64,000 bases of DNA, taken from Eledone cirrhosa (taxonomy: Eukaryota). The DNA lies in NCBI GenBank assembly GCA_964016885.1, contig OZ024741.1, positions 174,716,001 through 174,780,000 of the forward strand. The letters are read 5' to 3'. Both the position numbers and the translations under genes were made by a program. Of this stretch, positions 15,098 through 27,769 are shown one piece after another (the first letter of the stretch is position 1; each line of letters opens with the position of its first letter). The notes beneath the pieces were generated by a model that was not told the DNA's origin, ran no database searches, and saw nothing but the letters and a program-made list of their open reading frames with translations.

Positions 15098-16452
15098 TTA
15101 AAGAAGAAATAAAAAGATTGAGGAGACGCGCAGTAGCAGAAACGAAAAAAAGAATTTATATACATATATAATACATTTCTATAAAATTTTATCTAAAATC
15201 ACCTGTTCTCACAGAAACCCCAACACAGACTAATAAAAAATATTTTTCATATTATTTGAAGCTGAAAATTCAAATCATTGTTACTTAAAGTTTTATGTCT
15301 CCAATTGTTAAATAACTTCTTATATAATTCAGGTAGCTGGTGATATACTAAATGACAGTATACAGTGGTAGATAATGTAGAGAAAATGTTCTCAATCAAA
15401 TTGAAATTTGTCTCTTAATTGTAGAAAGAAAGCAAAAACTTAGCAGTAACTAATTAATTTCACAGAAAATTTAATTTCTGGCAAGGAGATCTGATCTTTG
15501 TTAGCTACAGATGTGTTTCAGTCTCATAGACAAAGCATAGTCTTCTAGAGCCTTCTTTATAAGTGGACAGAAAATGAGTTGATAGAAAAAAGTCAAGTGA
15601 GATAACTGCTGGATAAAGAAAATATAGTAGCAATTGTTAGCAACTCTTAAAGAAATGGGGATATAATTTGACTGAAGAATGCTTCAATTATTTTATAACT
15701 TGTTTAGATCATAAACTTCTGACAATTGAATTAGATTTGGGCCTGTGTAAAGCGAGTAGTAGGCCCAGGTCAGATGTAAAATATGGCCACCCCTCCTCGA
15801 ACTGGTAGTAGGTCCAGAACAGATAAAAAAAATATAGATCCCCAAAGCTGGCAATAGGCTCAGGCTGGATGTGAAATATAGGCTCCCCTCTCCCCATTCC
15901 AAACTCATTATTTTAGTAATCAGTGTTAAAAATATGATTTATGTATAACTGGCACTCTGTTGATTATGACAAGTGTTCCAGTTGATGCTACCAACAGAAC
16001 AGCCTGCTCATGAAATTAACATGCAAGTGGCTGATTATTCTACAGACATATCCTTAATGTAGTTCTCATTGAGATTCAGTATGTGACAAGGCTACAGGTA
16101 CAACCCATTTTTGCCAGCTGAATGGACTGGAGCAGCATGAAATAAAGTGTCTTGCTCTAGGGAATCGAATGACCTAACAACAAATCCAGGCACCCTTGTT
16201 GATTTATGTATAGCTTACTGGTATAAATTCGTACACATAGTGTATATGATGAGAACAAAATAACTAAAACTTAAAGTGAGTAGGATCCCACTCAAAATCA
16301 TAGACCAGTGTGAACAATCCTACTTGCTTGTTGCTTCCTCTTCCACTATGTCTTATTTTCATTACAAAATAAAAAAAATACCGACGATGTATTTGTTTTG
16401 CAAGTTTTTTTATATGAAATCGTGTGTTGAGACAGATATTGTTATATTCAAA

Positions 16453-16768
16453 GAGGGTCATGTCCTAATATTGCCAGAAAAATATAGTAAAACACACTCA
16501 TTGTTTGGTTTGGTTTTCGATTTAGTATATTTTTATATTTCTATAAATAATTTAGCTGGCAATCAATGTTTATCATTGACTAATCAACAGTTAAAAATAT
16601 AAATATTTATATATTTATATTTATATTTTTAATTGTTGGTCAGTTAATGATAAACATTGATTGCCAGCTAAATTATTTATAGAAATATAAACTTATACTG
16701 AAGCAATAGCAAACCAAACTGAAAGTGGGTTTTACTATTTTTTCTGGCAATATTAGGAGATGACCCTC
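16453..16768. mobile_element. ~316-bp fold-back (palindromic MITE-like) element
   Basis: GAGGGTCATGTCCTAATATTGCCAGAAAAA ... TTTTTCTGGCAATATTAGGAGATGACCCTC; the arms pair almost to the centre near 16611. Confidence 0.8.
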
Positions 16769-17304
16769 CCCAGATATAATAATAAATGGGTAATTATTAT
16801 ATATATATATATCTCAACTAAGTCATAACTGTGATTTTTACTAATGTAATGATATATTGGCTAATCAATCAAAGTATAGTTATTGAGACAAGATTACTTG
16901 CATGTTGTCTGTTATATGTTGTTCAGTAAGAACAGAAATGTTTGTCAATGGACAAGAGAACAAACAAACATGGAGATGGGCAGAACACGAAACTTAAATA
17001 AATGACAACAGATGAACAAAGTTATGAGGGGAGGTTCATGTAGAGGATGAAGACAGAGGACAAGATGGAGAGATGAGATCAATAGATTTATGGGAGTTAC
17101 ATAAATAAGTGACACAAAATATGAACAATTGGCTGTGGTTTAAGGAGGTAATATGCCTTGCAGTTGACAGATAATGTTTGAGGAGGATAAACACAGAGAG
17201 AACTTTCAGTTCACAAACTTTAGGGTGGTCACCATTATGTTGGCATAATCAAAGTTATGTCTGGAGAGATTGTTGAGATGTTACAGTAGACATGTGTAGA
17301 TGTA

Positions 17305-17520
17305 AGCTGGTAACAGATCCAGGCCTAATGTAAACTGTAGACCCTCAAAGCTGGTATTAGACCCAGGACAGATGTAAAGTGTAGAGCCTCAAAGCTGCCA
17401 GGATATGTAAAGTGCAGACCCTTAAAGCTGGTAATAGATCCAGGACAGATATAAAGTGTAGACACTCAAAACTAGTAATAAACCCAGGCCACATATAAAA
17501 TGAAGGATCCATTTCAAACT
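17305..17520. repeat. ~44-bp minisatellite (GCTGGTAATAGATCCAGGACAGATGTAAAGTGTAGACCCTCAAA)
   Basis: 4-5 imperfect copies; a diverged related array lies at 15735-15900. Confidence 0.7.
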
Positions 17521-17619
17521 GCTCCTATAAGTGTTAAATACATATGATTTATGTATGCATTATGAGTATATACATTGTGTACATGATGTACTTACAAGTA
17601 AAAGAACTAACATCTGGAG

Positions 17620-19800
17620 CAAATTCATAGGCCCATGTCAGCTGGCCTGGGTGTACTGATCTTCTTCACCAACTTATTCTTGAAGGGGTCATCAAGCACA
17701 CCTCCCAGTGGGTCCTGTCAAAAGTAACCATCTCCAATTGATCCAGCTGGGTCTCCAAGCGAGACTACTCCTGCTGGCTGGCTGGTTTTGCCTGTAAAAT
17801 CTGTTCAGTGATTCTTTCCTGAGGCATTCTAACCACATACCCATATCATCAGAGCTGTGATCCCTAAATTCAAAGTAGCGGCTCTATCTGGGGTGAATCT
17901 CTGATCTCCAAACTACACACGCTATTGAATGACATTACTCCAGAAACCCTTTGGAGGAACCCCATTTCACCCACTTGTATTCACGATCCTATCCTTTCAG
18001 TTATTGCACAAAATTCATGACCATAGGTTAGGGTAGGCACAAAACCAAATTGAAGATAGCAATACTTTTACAACTACCTCCCTGCTGCTGATGACCAAAT
18101 GCTGAAGCTGGCACATTACTGCACCAGCTCCTGTAATTCTTGCACTTAATTTAACCTTACCTTCCGTCACTCGTGAACATGGCTCCAAGATACTTGAACT
18201 TCTCCACCTGCTTCAGTGGAACTCCACTTACATGTAAAGTGCATTTCACTGGCTTCTTTGAGAGGACGTATCTCAGTTTTTGCAGCACTGATTTTCCTGC
18301 CATACAGTACTCAGCAGTAAACCCATCAAGTGCATATCTGAAATCACTTTCTGATGAGTTAAGTAGTAAATTCCAACCAGCTGATCCTACTCTCGCCAGT
18401 CTCAATACCTTTTCCAGCCCTGCTGTGAATGTCAATCCTGTCCATGAAGATTATGATCAGGAGAGGTGACAGTATGCACTCTCAGTGAAGTTTGACACCC
18501 ACATTGAATGGTTTCAACTTAACACCATTTATCTAAACACAAATACTAATTGTTCTTGTAATCTCAAAGAGGTTAGTCATCACTCCCTGATAAACTTTGT
18601 GTACATCAGAAGATGCTGTTGTGACCAGATTTAGAAGATCAGCAAAATATTCTCTCCACCTCACAAGGATGCTCCTCTCTGAAGATGCATTTCTGATAGC
18701 AGGTGTGGAAAAGGTCTTATTATGAGGTTAGTGGATGGTCTGCCAGAAGACTTTATTTGCTGATCTGAAGTCAGATTCCAGCTTCCTCTCATGTCTTAAC
18801 TTTGGATGCTTTTACTGTTTCTGCTGTGACTTTTCGCGCCTGCTTGTACCGCAAGTGCAGGAAGGACAAATTATTTCCAAGCCAAGCTTTGTAAGCTTCC
18901 TGCTTTGCTCAGGGGCATCTTTGACCTCTTGATTGGACTAAGGTTGTGGTGAGGTTGACAAAGTTAGTACCAGCCTTGTAGCCCTTTTCAATGTTATCTG
19001 CCAGCTTGATGATCTGATGTATTGTATTCCAGTCATGGTGAAAACCCACTTGCTCATCTGGCAGTTGTTGGTTGACTATTGATTCCAGTCTGGCTAGAAG
19101 AAGTCATTCTAGCAGTTTGAAGGGGACACACAGATGGGAGATTGGTTTGTAGCTCTTTGGATTATCTACAGGTTTATTTGGACCTAAGTTTGTCGACCTC
19201 CTCTTAGTGGGCTCTGGAAACTGATCACTGATCCAGCAAATCGACAATCTTCTCCATCCAGATCTACAGTACCAGAGCAATGGAACTTTGTTGACGAAAC
19301 CCCAATAGTAACTAGCCAGTAGCATCTGGCCTCCTCCACTAGTTCCTGCTCCTTGCCTATAAGGGTTGTAATGTTCCAGTTACCCAATGTCAAGATTTTT
19401 ACATTTCCAGGCCCTCTTTGGGGTCTCAGGATATGTAACCTTTGTGCTTCCTTCTTATGCCTCCCAGGATAGGTCACTGGCCCATTGCCAGTTCTAGCAA
19501 CATTGGATGGAGACTGCAATATATTTTTCAAACAGGCTTCTCTATCTAAGGCCTGAACATGTCCCTTGTTATCCCACATGCGGGACAATGTGGTATGGAT
19601 ATTTCTACTTTGTTGGCAGAGCTGTTGTGCCAGAGAACAGTTCACAGGTGGTGGATAGCGATATAGTCACCACATATGCTAGTTAGTTGTGATATATAAA
19701 TAGGCTCCTCCTCGATGAATGCGCAACCCCAGACCAAAAATAGTAAACAACTAGGGGAGATGGAGCAATGGGTGACACTGTTAGCTTCCAAGAAAACTCT
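17620..19800 (-). mobile_element. Decayed RTE-clade LINE pieces (endonuclease and RT)
   Basis: LTLGNWNITTLIGKEQELVEEA (AP endonuclease N-terminus), PNKPVDNPKSYKPISHLCVPFKLLE (RT start) and VPLKQVEKFKYLGAMFTSDGR (RT end); frameshifted. Confidence 0.8.
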
Positions 19801-19842
19801 CACAACCCAGTGATGTAGCTAGTATGAGGTGAGTAAAGGAAC

Positions 19843-20058
19843 GATCGACTTTCGTCAAATCGGACCGAGGGAACAATATTTCCGTTGGTCTTTCCAATTG
19901 CTAATACTATCTATCGGTCGCAACTCTAGGTAGAAGGAGCAACGTGAAATAAAGTGTCTTACTCAAGGACATAACGCATCGCCTGGTCCAGGAATCGAAC
20001 TCACAACCTTACGATTGCGAATCCAATTCTCTAACCACTCAGCCACACGCCTTCACAC
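19843..20058 (-). mobile_element. tRNA-derived SINE; close relative at 43870-44078
   Basis: The - strand head has TGGCTGAGTGG (A box) and GAGTTCGATTCC (B box). Confidence 0.75.
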
Positions 20059-20698
20059 TGGTGAGTAAAGGCTACATGTAAAAAAGTTTAGTTTTCATGA
20101 GTCCGAAAAAAAGTACCAAATTAGTGAGTGGCACAAATGAGACATCAAGGGTGTACTGATGATAATCATAAATTCATGTTTAAAATTTTTTGGAAAAATA
20201 CTTATATTTATTTATATCGAAATAAACGATGTACATAAATTACATAATAGCAAAGTTCACATTTTTTCCCAAACAAATATGCTGACAAAATAGATAGCTT
20301 GGAATTACAAACAAATGTCATATCTGTCAAAATGTAACACACGCGCATTACATAAATATTTTACATGAAAATATAGAATCAAAATGAAAGAAAATAATAA
20401 GTCAATCCTAAGTGTGTCAATCAGTCACACACCCCAAAGGGTACCAGAGCCTACCTATAATACCTTTTGAGGCATGCCAGCACACTGGCAGCGTTACTGC
20501 AGGTGATAACAAAGCTGAGGCGCTGGAATAACCAAGCACCCTTACAGGTATCACCTGCTACTTAGATAAAGCGAGTTGCCAACAATGACAAGAACTTAAG
20601 TTAGAACCAGCTTCAATTTATGTTGATGTGAAACCTTTCTAAAGAATTGTTTTCGATTTTCCATATGGAAATTCCACTTTTTACTTTAATGGAATGGT

Positions 20699-21448
20699 AA
20701 ATTTATATAAAAGCACCCGCTGGGTAATTAGGGAATTCTTTTTTTAGATTTGTTCGTGTGTTTTCAACTAATCTGGCCTCTTATATGGTCGCAATCGACA
20801 TTGTTAATGAAAAGGGAATGGAGAGGGAGGGACGAAGGCAGGATTCTCGGATTTTCCCATCCTCAGAGTTATCAGAGTGGAAATTTGTTTCTTTTCTAGA
20901 TTTTTTCGTTTGTTTTTGACAAGCGACTCACTCGCTAACGGTTCCTTTTTCCGAAAACAGAGTCGGGGAGGGAGGCAAACCCTCGGAGTTACAGATAAGC
21001 ACTTCCCAGCCGTTTAAATTTATAGAAAAGCACCTGCTGGGGATCACTAAGAATTTTTTTCCTAGGTTTGTTCATGTGTTTTCAATTAATCTGACCTCCC
21101 ACATGCTCGCAATCGACTTTTTTCCGGAAAAGGAACGGGTTGGGTCAAGGAGAGACACGGGGCTGAGAAGTGCTTATCTGTAACTCTGACGACACCCCCC
21201 TCACTCCTCAGCGCCGTTTTCGAAAAAAAGGAGTCCTTGGCGAGTGAATCGGATGTCAGATCGATCGAAATCAAACGAAAAAAACTTTAAAAAGAAGAAA
21301 AAATCTCATTTCGTTTTCGGAAGAGGGGCGGGCGGGGGAGGTTGGTCGTTTGCGAGTATGTCGGAGGTCAGATTGGTTGAAAACACACGGAAAAAAAAAC
21401 TATAAAATAAATTCTTAGCAAACACCAGTGGCTGCTTTTCTATAAATT
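20699..21448. mobile_element. ~750-bp CpG-rich fold-back element directly upstream of THOC3
   Basis: Block A (20699-20799) recurs direct at 21016-21118 and inverted at 21345-21448; block B (20890-21012) is inverted at 21157-21297. Confidence 0.7.
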
Positions 21449-21619
21449 AACTAATGGAATTTTCGAATAGGAATATGCACTTTTAAAAAGAATTTGTTCA
21501 TCACTCTGGCAAAAGAAACACGGTTGTGGTTTTTAATACACTGGCTATAGTTAGGAACACGGTTTAAATCTAATAAACTATCGGCTATGATGTAGAATGT
21601 TGTCAGCCTCGTTTTAAAA

Positions 21620-21796
21620 ATGGCGGCGTACATTGAAAACATGCAAGAAGTATTTAAGAACAGCGACAAAATTAAAGATATTTTAGCTCATTCTGCTAAG
21701 GTACACTCGGTTGCATGGAGCTGTGATGGTCGTAAGCTAGCATCGGGATCATTTGACAGGACTGTTAGTATATTCAGTTTGGACAGAGACCGTTTG
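21620..21796 (+). CDS. THOC3: THO complex subunit 3 (WD40), coding exon 1
   Basis: AAAATGGCG start; MAAYIENMQEVF...AHSAKVHSVAWSCDGRKLASGSFDRTV...DRL; donor GTAAGT at 21797; 177 nt, phase 0. Confidence 0.95.
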
Positions 21797-22484
21797 GTAA
21801 GTTAGAACCGGCTTCAATATTTATACAGTCGTTCACGTGTTAGAAATAGCTTTGGAAAGTTTCTTTTCAAAGTTAAAATTATTTGAGGTGGCACTGACTG
21901 TTATTTTAGATAATATTGTAAAGTTCGATATTTTAACTAAGGTTTTAAAAAGTGTTTATGTTACTAAAGACTTACTAATCTAAACAGCTATTTCCCAATT
22001 GTTTTTATCAATGTAACAATTTCGTTTTGAAAACAATATATTGCCATTGCTGTCATTTATATTTTTTGACTTAGATTGATTAGAATAGACATAAAACTAT
22101 ACATTCATTGTAGAAGAAAAATGTAATATTGGACAGATATATCTTTTTTTATGAATTCTAGCAACATAAATGGTGTTGGTTTCATGTAGGAAGCGAACCG
22201 GCATGTGAATCTACTCGCCGGGAGTTTGTTTACGCCAAACGTGTGCAACCCTAGGATGTTCTTGTCAGGAAAGCTATTTTGTGTTATTTTATTATTTTAA
22301 TGTTTTCTGGATGATTTGACTACAGCAGATCTTTGTGGCATCGATTTAAGTTAATTAGTTTAATGATTTAATTCAACTCACTATTCTACAATGTTTGCTG
22401 TTTAGTTTATAACATAAACACAAGGCCAGAAATTTAGGGGAACGAGTTAGTAGATAGAATCGACCCTAGTACTTGACTAATACC

Positions 22485-22562
22485 CCCAGAACTCATATAC
22501 AGCATACAGAACATAGCGCTACTAGACACTGCACGCATATTACGAAGAGTACTCTTAATACT
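22485..22562 (+). mobile_element. R4/Dong-like LINE C-terminal remnant
   Basis: Translates to IQNIALLDTARILRRVL, resembling the QK.ALLGTA.ILR.VL end of restriction-like-endonuclease LINEs. Confidence 0.6.
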
Positions 22563-24200
22563 ATAAAAACAACACTGCACATAATCAAGGTAACTTGGCT
22601 CCTGGCGGCTCGTAATATGACTTTGGTTGATCCTAACTAACTCGATTGTCTATTTCTATTCACAATAAGTGTTTTATAAGCATGATAGACAATACGGGTT
22701 ATTTTAACAGTATATTAGAATTGTAATTTTGAAAAATCATTTATAAAATAGCGATCTCTATTTTACACACATATACACGTCTGTACGAACGAGACCGGGT
22801 TTTCGGTTCCGTGTAAGAGGGCAGTTACTAATTCTAAATAAGAACTAGCTCGGTCCGTGGTGACCCGTCCAACCCACGCCAGTCTGGAAAGTGGACCTAA
22901 AATAATAATGATAATGATGATGACACTGGGGGTAGAAGTTGTAGTATAGTGGTGAAAACAAAAATGTCGAATGTTTATTTTCGAAATATTTCAAGGGAAA
23001 TAACTCTTGGTAACTTTTATTGACTAAACACGACCTGCTCTATTTTGAATGTTATTAAAAGTACATTAACAGTAGCACTAACATTGCATGATTCATAGTA
23101 GAAGTGTATGTGAAGGCATATACGATGTTTATGTATAATATACAACGATATGCTTTCATATAGTCAAAGTACTTTATACAAATTTGTGATCATATCATTG
23201 CTGCACTTAAGACAAACTAGGAGAAAATTAAGTTCAAATCCAGTCGAGGTCAATTTTACCTTTCATTCTTCCGGGATCGATAAATTACTGATTAATTATA
23301 TCCACTCCCCGAAAATTACTGGTCTTGTGCCTAAATTCGAAACCAGTGTTTGTTCTTGCTCCCTTTGTTTTGAGTTCAAATCCCACCAAATTCAACTTTG
23401 CGTTTCATCTTTCGGGGTCGATAAAATAAAGTACCAGTGTAAGGGTGGTGGATTTACGGAATTCTTAGAACGTTGGACAAGATGTCTTGTGGTATTTATC
23501 CTAGTTCTGGGCCTGTTTTGGATCGTAGACTTAATCCATTGCCTTGGGTAGTAGAATTTGTTGCCTATTTAACACAATCACCTGGCTTTTAGGTAAAAGA
23601 CTTAACCCGTCACCCTGTTTATCACCACCACATAACCCTTCAGTGTCTTTAGTAAGCATTAATTGTTATTGGAATATATGCTGTTAGTAATAGCAAACAA
23701 AACTCCCTTAAATTACACACTCTTGTATTTTTTTAAAAAATAGGACATGTTGGATAATGTGGTCCTAGGTTGAGAAAAAATATTTATACAAGGAATCATA
23801 TGTAGTGTGCAGAAGAGAAGATTGTGTGTAATGCATATGGGTGATGTTTGTTGTGTGATGAAGTGCAAGAAAGCTGCTGTAGAAGGTAAAAAAAGATGTA
23901 GGTAGAGTTGGTTAAAACTGATCCCTAGAAACTGAATCTCACAAATCAAAGATCTTGTACTGAAGAGGATCCATGTGAGCATGAAAAAAAAATGGATGTA
24001 ATGATATATATATATAAGAATGGTTTTCTGAAGAGTAATGCAAACAAACCACAGTTAAGGTACTTAATACATTGATAGAAAAGGTACTTCAAACAAATCA
24101 AACAGTTTTATTCCTGTAGAAATCATTTCTATTTGATATATATATATATATATAAAATAATTAAGTCAAATATGTAAAATTTGGCTTCGTTTATTATAAA

Positions 24201-25087
24201 CTAGCAGTGGTACCCGGCGTTGCACGGGATAAGGTATTTTGGAACGTGGGCCACGAACAGACCTAATCTGCATGCCTGTAAAGAAAATAAACCGAATACT
24301 CTGATGGCTGGATAATCTAAGATTTTCCTCGATGAAGCACGAAAAATGCAGGTTTTCACCTAATGCGGGCCCTAGGGGATCAAGAAAATGATTTTTTTAT
24401 GTGCATAATATGCCTTGAAATTTCGGGAAAATCGGCTAGACGTAACGCCTCCAAAAAGCCCTAAAAAGCTGAAAAAAATGAAGTTTTTCACCTAATGCTG
24501 GCCCTAGGCCATAAAAAAAGTTGAATTATCTTTGCTCACGGTATGAGGAGGAGACTGACTAATACATAGTTACAATTTCAAGGAAATCGGTCTGACGTAA
24601 CGTTTCAAAAAACCCCTAAAAAGCTTAAAAAACACAGTTTTTCATCTAATGCGGGCCCTAGGGGACCAAAAAGTTGAATATTTTTATGTGAAACATAAGT
24701 AATACACATGTAAAGTTTGAAAAAAATCGGTTGGGTACTTCTCGAGTTTTAGGGATTCAAACTCACAGACACACACAGACAGACATCCTCAGGGAAGTGA
24801 CGTAATGCAGACAGCCAGACATACAGACAGATATATAAGGGCGCGACGTTATATGTATGTATCTAAAAAAAGAAAGACTAAGAATTAGAGAGAGAGAGAT
24901 CGCTAAATCGCCTAATGCGGTCCCTAGGGCATTGAAAATTTGAAATTGTTTTGCTCAGAACACTACCTGAAACATTAGTATTACATGTGTAAAGTTTGAA
25001 AAGAGTAGGTTGGGTGTTTCTCGAGTTTTAGGGATTTAAACTCACATACAGACAAACATCCTCAGTTTTATATATATAGATTATAGA
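24201..25087 (-). mobile_element. Non-autonomous Helitron in THOC3 intron 1
   Basis: The - strand starts A|TCTAT... and ends CCCGTGCAACGCCGGG-TACCACTG-CTAG|T. Four internal copies of CCTAATGCGGGCCCTAGGG; CpG retained, so probably young. Confidence 0.85.
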
Positions 25088-25096
25088 TATACTGGT

Positions 25097-25146
25097 ATAT
25101 ATATTTCGGTGACAGACATCATTGGCTGTGACCTCTTCAGGTAGTC
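25097..25146 (-). ncRNA. Degenerate hammerhead ribozyme-like motif
   Basis: The - strand reads CTGAAGA-GGTCACAG-(10 nt)-CTGTCACC-GAAA-TATATA; stem II is 7/8 paired; no stem I partner is evident. Confidence 0.45.
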
Positions 25147-26199
25147 CGAATTGGTGTGGGAGAGACAAGTACACATGTTGTTGAAGTGTGTTTTACTCTG
25201 TCAATAGTCCGATATGTCCAGCTCCTGGTTGTGTTGTTATTTCTCTGAGGAACTGGAATCATATGAATTAGAACAAACAAATTTCAGAGGACACTCTCTC
25301 ATCCCATTGGTCAGTTGTGAGAACATTCCTCAGTCAAAAGTCTATAGAAATTTTTCTGAGGCAAGACAAGCTATTGTAGTTGTTTTTGTTTAAGTACAGC
25401 TGACCTGCTCCATTGTGTTGGTAGTGGTGTTAAGGGGTCAGCTGGCAGGTCAGCTTTGGTTTGCTGCTGCTATGTTCAGAAGAATTTGTGTGTGTGTGGG
25501 TTGGCATCTATCTTGCTACCATTTCATGTGGTGGGGAGTGCCAAACAAATAAAAAAATAAAATGGGTGTGTGTTACAACCAATATCAAAATTTGAAAGAT
25601 TTATTCTACATTACTCCAGAGAAAACAAACCAACCTGCGTACTTCATCGAGTGCTCCAATCTGCATACTGAGGTGTCGGTAAACAACCAACATATACTCA
25701 AAATTTATATATATATATAAATGTGAGGAATCAAAACATATAAAATATGTTAGATTTTTGTGCTTCTCAATAAACAAGCTCAATATATACATGTGTTAGG
25801 GAGGTGTTTATGTCTTTAACACAACTGAAGGGTCTTCCCAACCCTTTGTTTGGAAAGTTTTCTATGGTTTGATGCCCTTCCTATCACCAACCACTTTATA
25901 GTGTGTACTTGGTGCATTTATCATGTAGATCAACAATAGGGAAGTTGCTATATCTTTGACACAACAGAAAGGTTGTCTTAACCTTTTTGGCATGGTTTCT
26001 ACAGCAGAATGCTCTTCCTATCACCAACCACCTTTCACTTTCATGGCACCAGCACTAGAGAAGTCGCTGGTCATTATTTCAAATGAAGAGCCCTCTCTGC
26101 CTTATGGAGGGGAATCAATCTCGAATGTATCTTCTTTGTCCTTGTAACAGTTTAAAATAATATTGCTGTGCCAGTCATTGGGTATGACACTATATATAT

Positions 26200-26613
26200 A
26201 CTAGACCTGAAAAATGCGCAAGCTCAAAAGAGCCACAGAATGTTATAATAAACCTTCAAAAGTGTGGGACTAGAGTTGTTGCTCAAAAATATTGTAATCA
26301 TTATCTATCGTACACTCTGTGGCATCCTTTTATAAAAAGGAGACTCCTAACGAACTCAAGACGACACGATAATTATTTAAGCTAATGTTCAATATTTCAT
26401 ATTAGATGTTTAGTAATGATTAATATGAAATGCACTTAAACTGAATTCTATATTATAAATTCACTTAAATAATTATCGTGTCGTCTTGAGTTCGTTAGAG
26501 TGTACGATAGATAATGATTACAATATTTTTGAGCAACAACTCTAGTCCCACACTTTTGAAGGTTTATTATAACATTCTGGCTCTTTTGAGCTTGCGCATT
26601 TTTCAGGTCTAGT
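26200..26613. repeat. Near-perfect inverted repeat (~150-bp arms, ~80-bp spacer) with Helitron-like CTAG ends
   Basis: ACTAGACCTGAAAAATGCGCAAGCTCAAAAGAGCC ... GGCTCTTTTGAGCTTGCGCATTTTTCAGGTCTAGT; the arms differ by a 2-nt and a ~29-nt indel. Confidence 0.9.
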
Positions 26614-27611
26614 TTAATAATTTTTTAAGGCAACACTTGTAATAACTCTAAACATGATATATATTAATAATAAATTATCGCTGTAATGTAATAAGATTAT
26701 ATAATTGTTATTTTATAAATGATCTTATAAATATTATTGTAAGATGTATAAAAATATTTTCAGACTTTTAATATAAACAACTACTAAAAACAATCAATAT
26801 TAAATAAATATATTTTACATAATAATTGTTATAGTTGAATTAATAAAAATTAAATATTACATACAAATAGTCTAACATAATAATAAAAAAATAATCTAAC
26901 ATAATAATAATAAAATAATCTAACATAAAACGAATAATATGGACAAATATACAAGTAAATATGATACAACCAATATTATAAGCATGTTATAACGAACTGA
27001 AAAAGAAATAGTTAATATAAATTTAAAAAATCATATATAAATTAACAATATAACTTAAAACGAGAAAAATATTTTGATGATAAATGATGAAATACAGGAG
27101 GAAGATTCGAAAGCGAAACGATAAATAAACGTGCAAACAAAGTGGCGGATGCTTTTGAGCAACAATTACTCTCATTGGTTGATTAGCCAATAAGACGATA
27201 CATTACAAAAGATGATTGGCAGGGATCACCACGGCCAGCGAAACTCCTTGAATTTTTTATTCACAAGCTACGCATATATGTCAGAACACGCAGACTTAAA
27301 ACATTCTGTTGTTAGTCACTGCGTGTCTAACAGATACATACATATATGTGTGTTTACCGAATTTTAGGCAATCAATATCTTATGTCCTGAAGTCTGCATA
27401 TTACCTACTTTATGAAATTCTGTCTGACGATGTGTTAGTCTTACTTAACTATTGTCTAACACCGCTGAAATATACATAACGGTCATTATTTAATAAATTG
27501 AAGTATAGAAATGTAGAATCATGTTTTCATATTTATTAACACACACCCACGCTATATATATATATGCACACTGACAAACACAAACTAAATTTTCTATTGT
27601 ATTTGTTTTAG

Positions 27612-27768
27612 AATAAAGACTTCACATTCCGTGGCCATGGAGACAGTGTTGATCAACTGTGTTGGCATCCAAGTAATCCAGACCACCTTGTTACAGCCAG
27701 TGGTGATAAAACTGTTCGTATCTGGGATGCTCGCATCAACAAATCTGTTGCCACAGTCAACACCAGAG
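27612..27768 (+). CDS. THOC3: THOC3 coding exon 2
   Basis: ttttag|AAT...; NKDFTFRGHGDSVDQLCWHPSNPDHLVTASGDKTVRIWDARINKSVATVNTR; AG|gtatt; 157 nt. Confidence 0.95.
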
Positions 27769-27769
27769 G

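Noticed and set aside
18350-18380. Other CTGATGA/CTGAAGA matches (also 20156, 24028, 29637, 61055)
   Set aside because: No hairpin followed by GAAA at hammerhead spacing.
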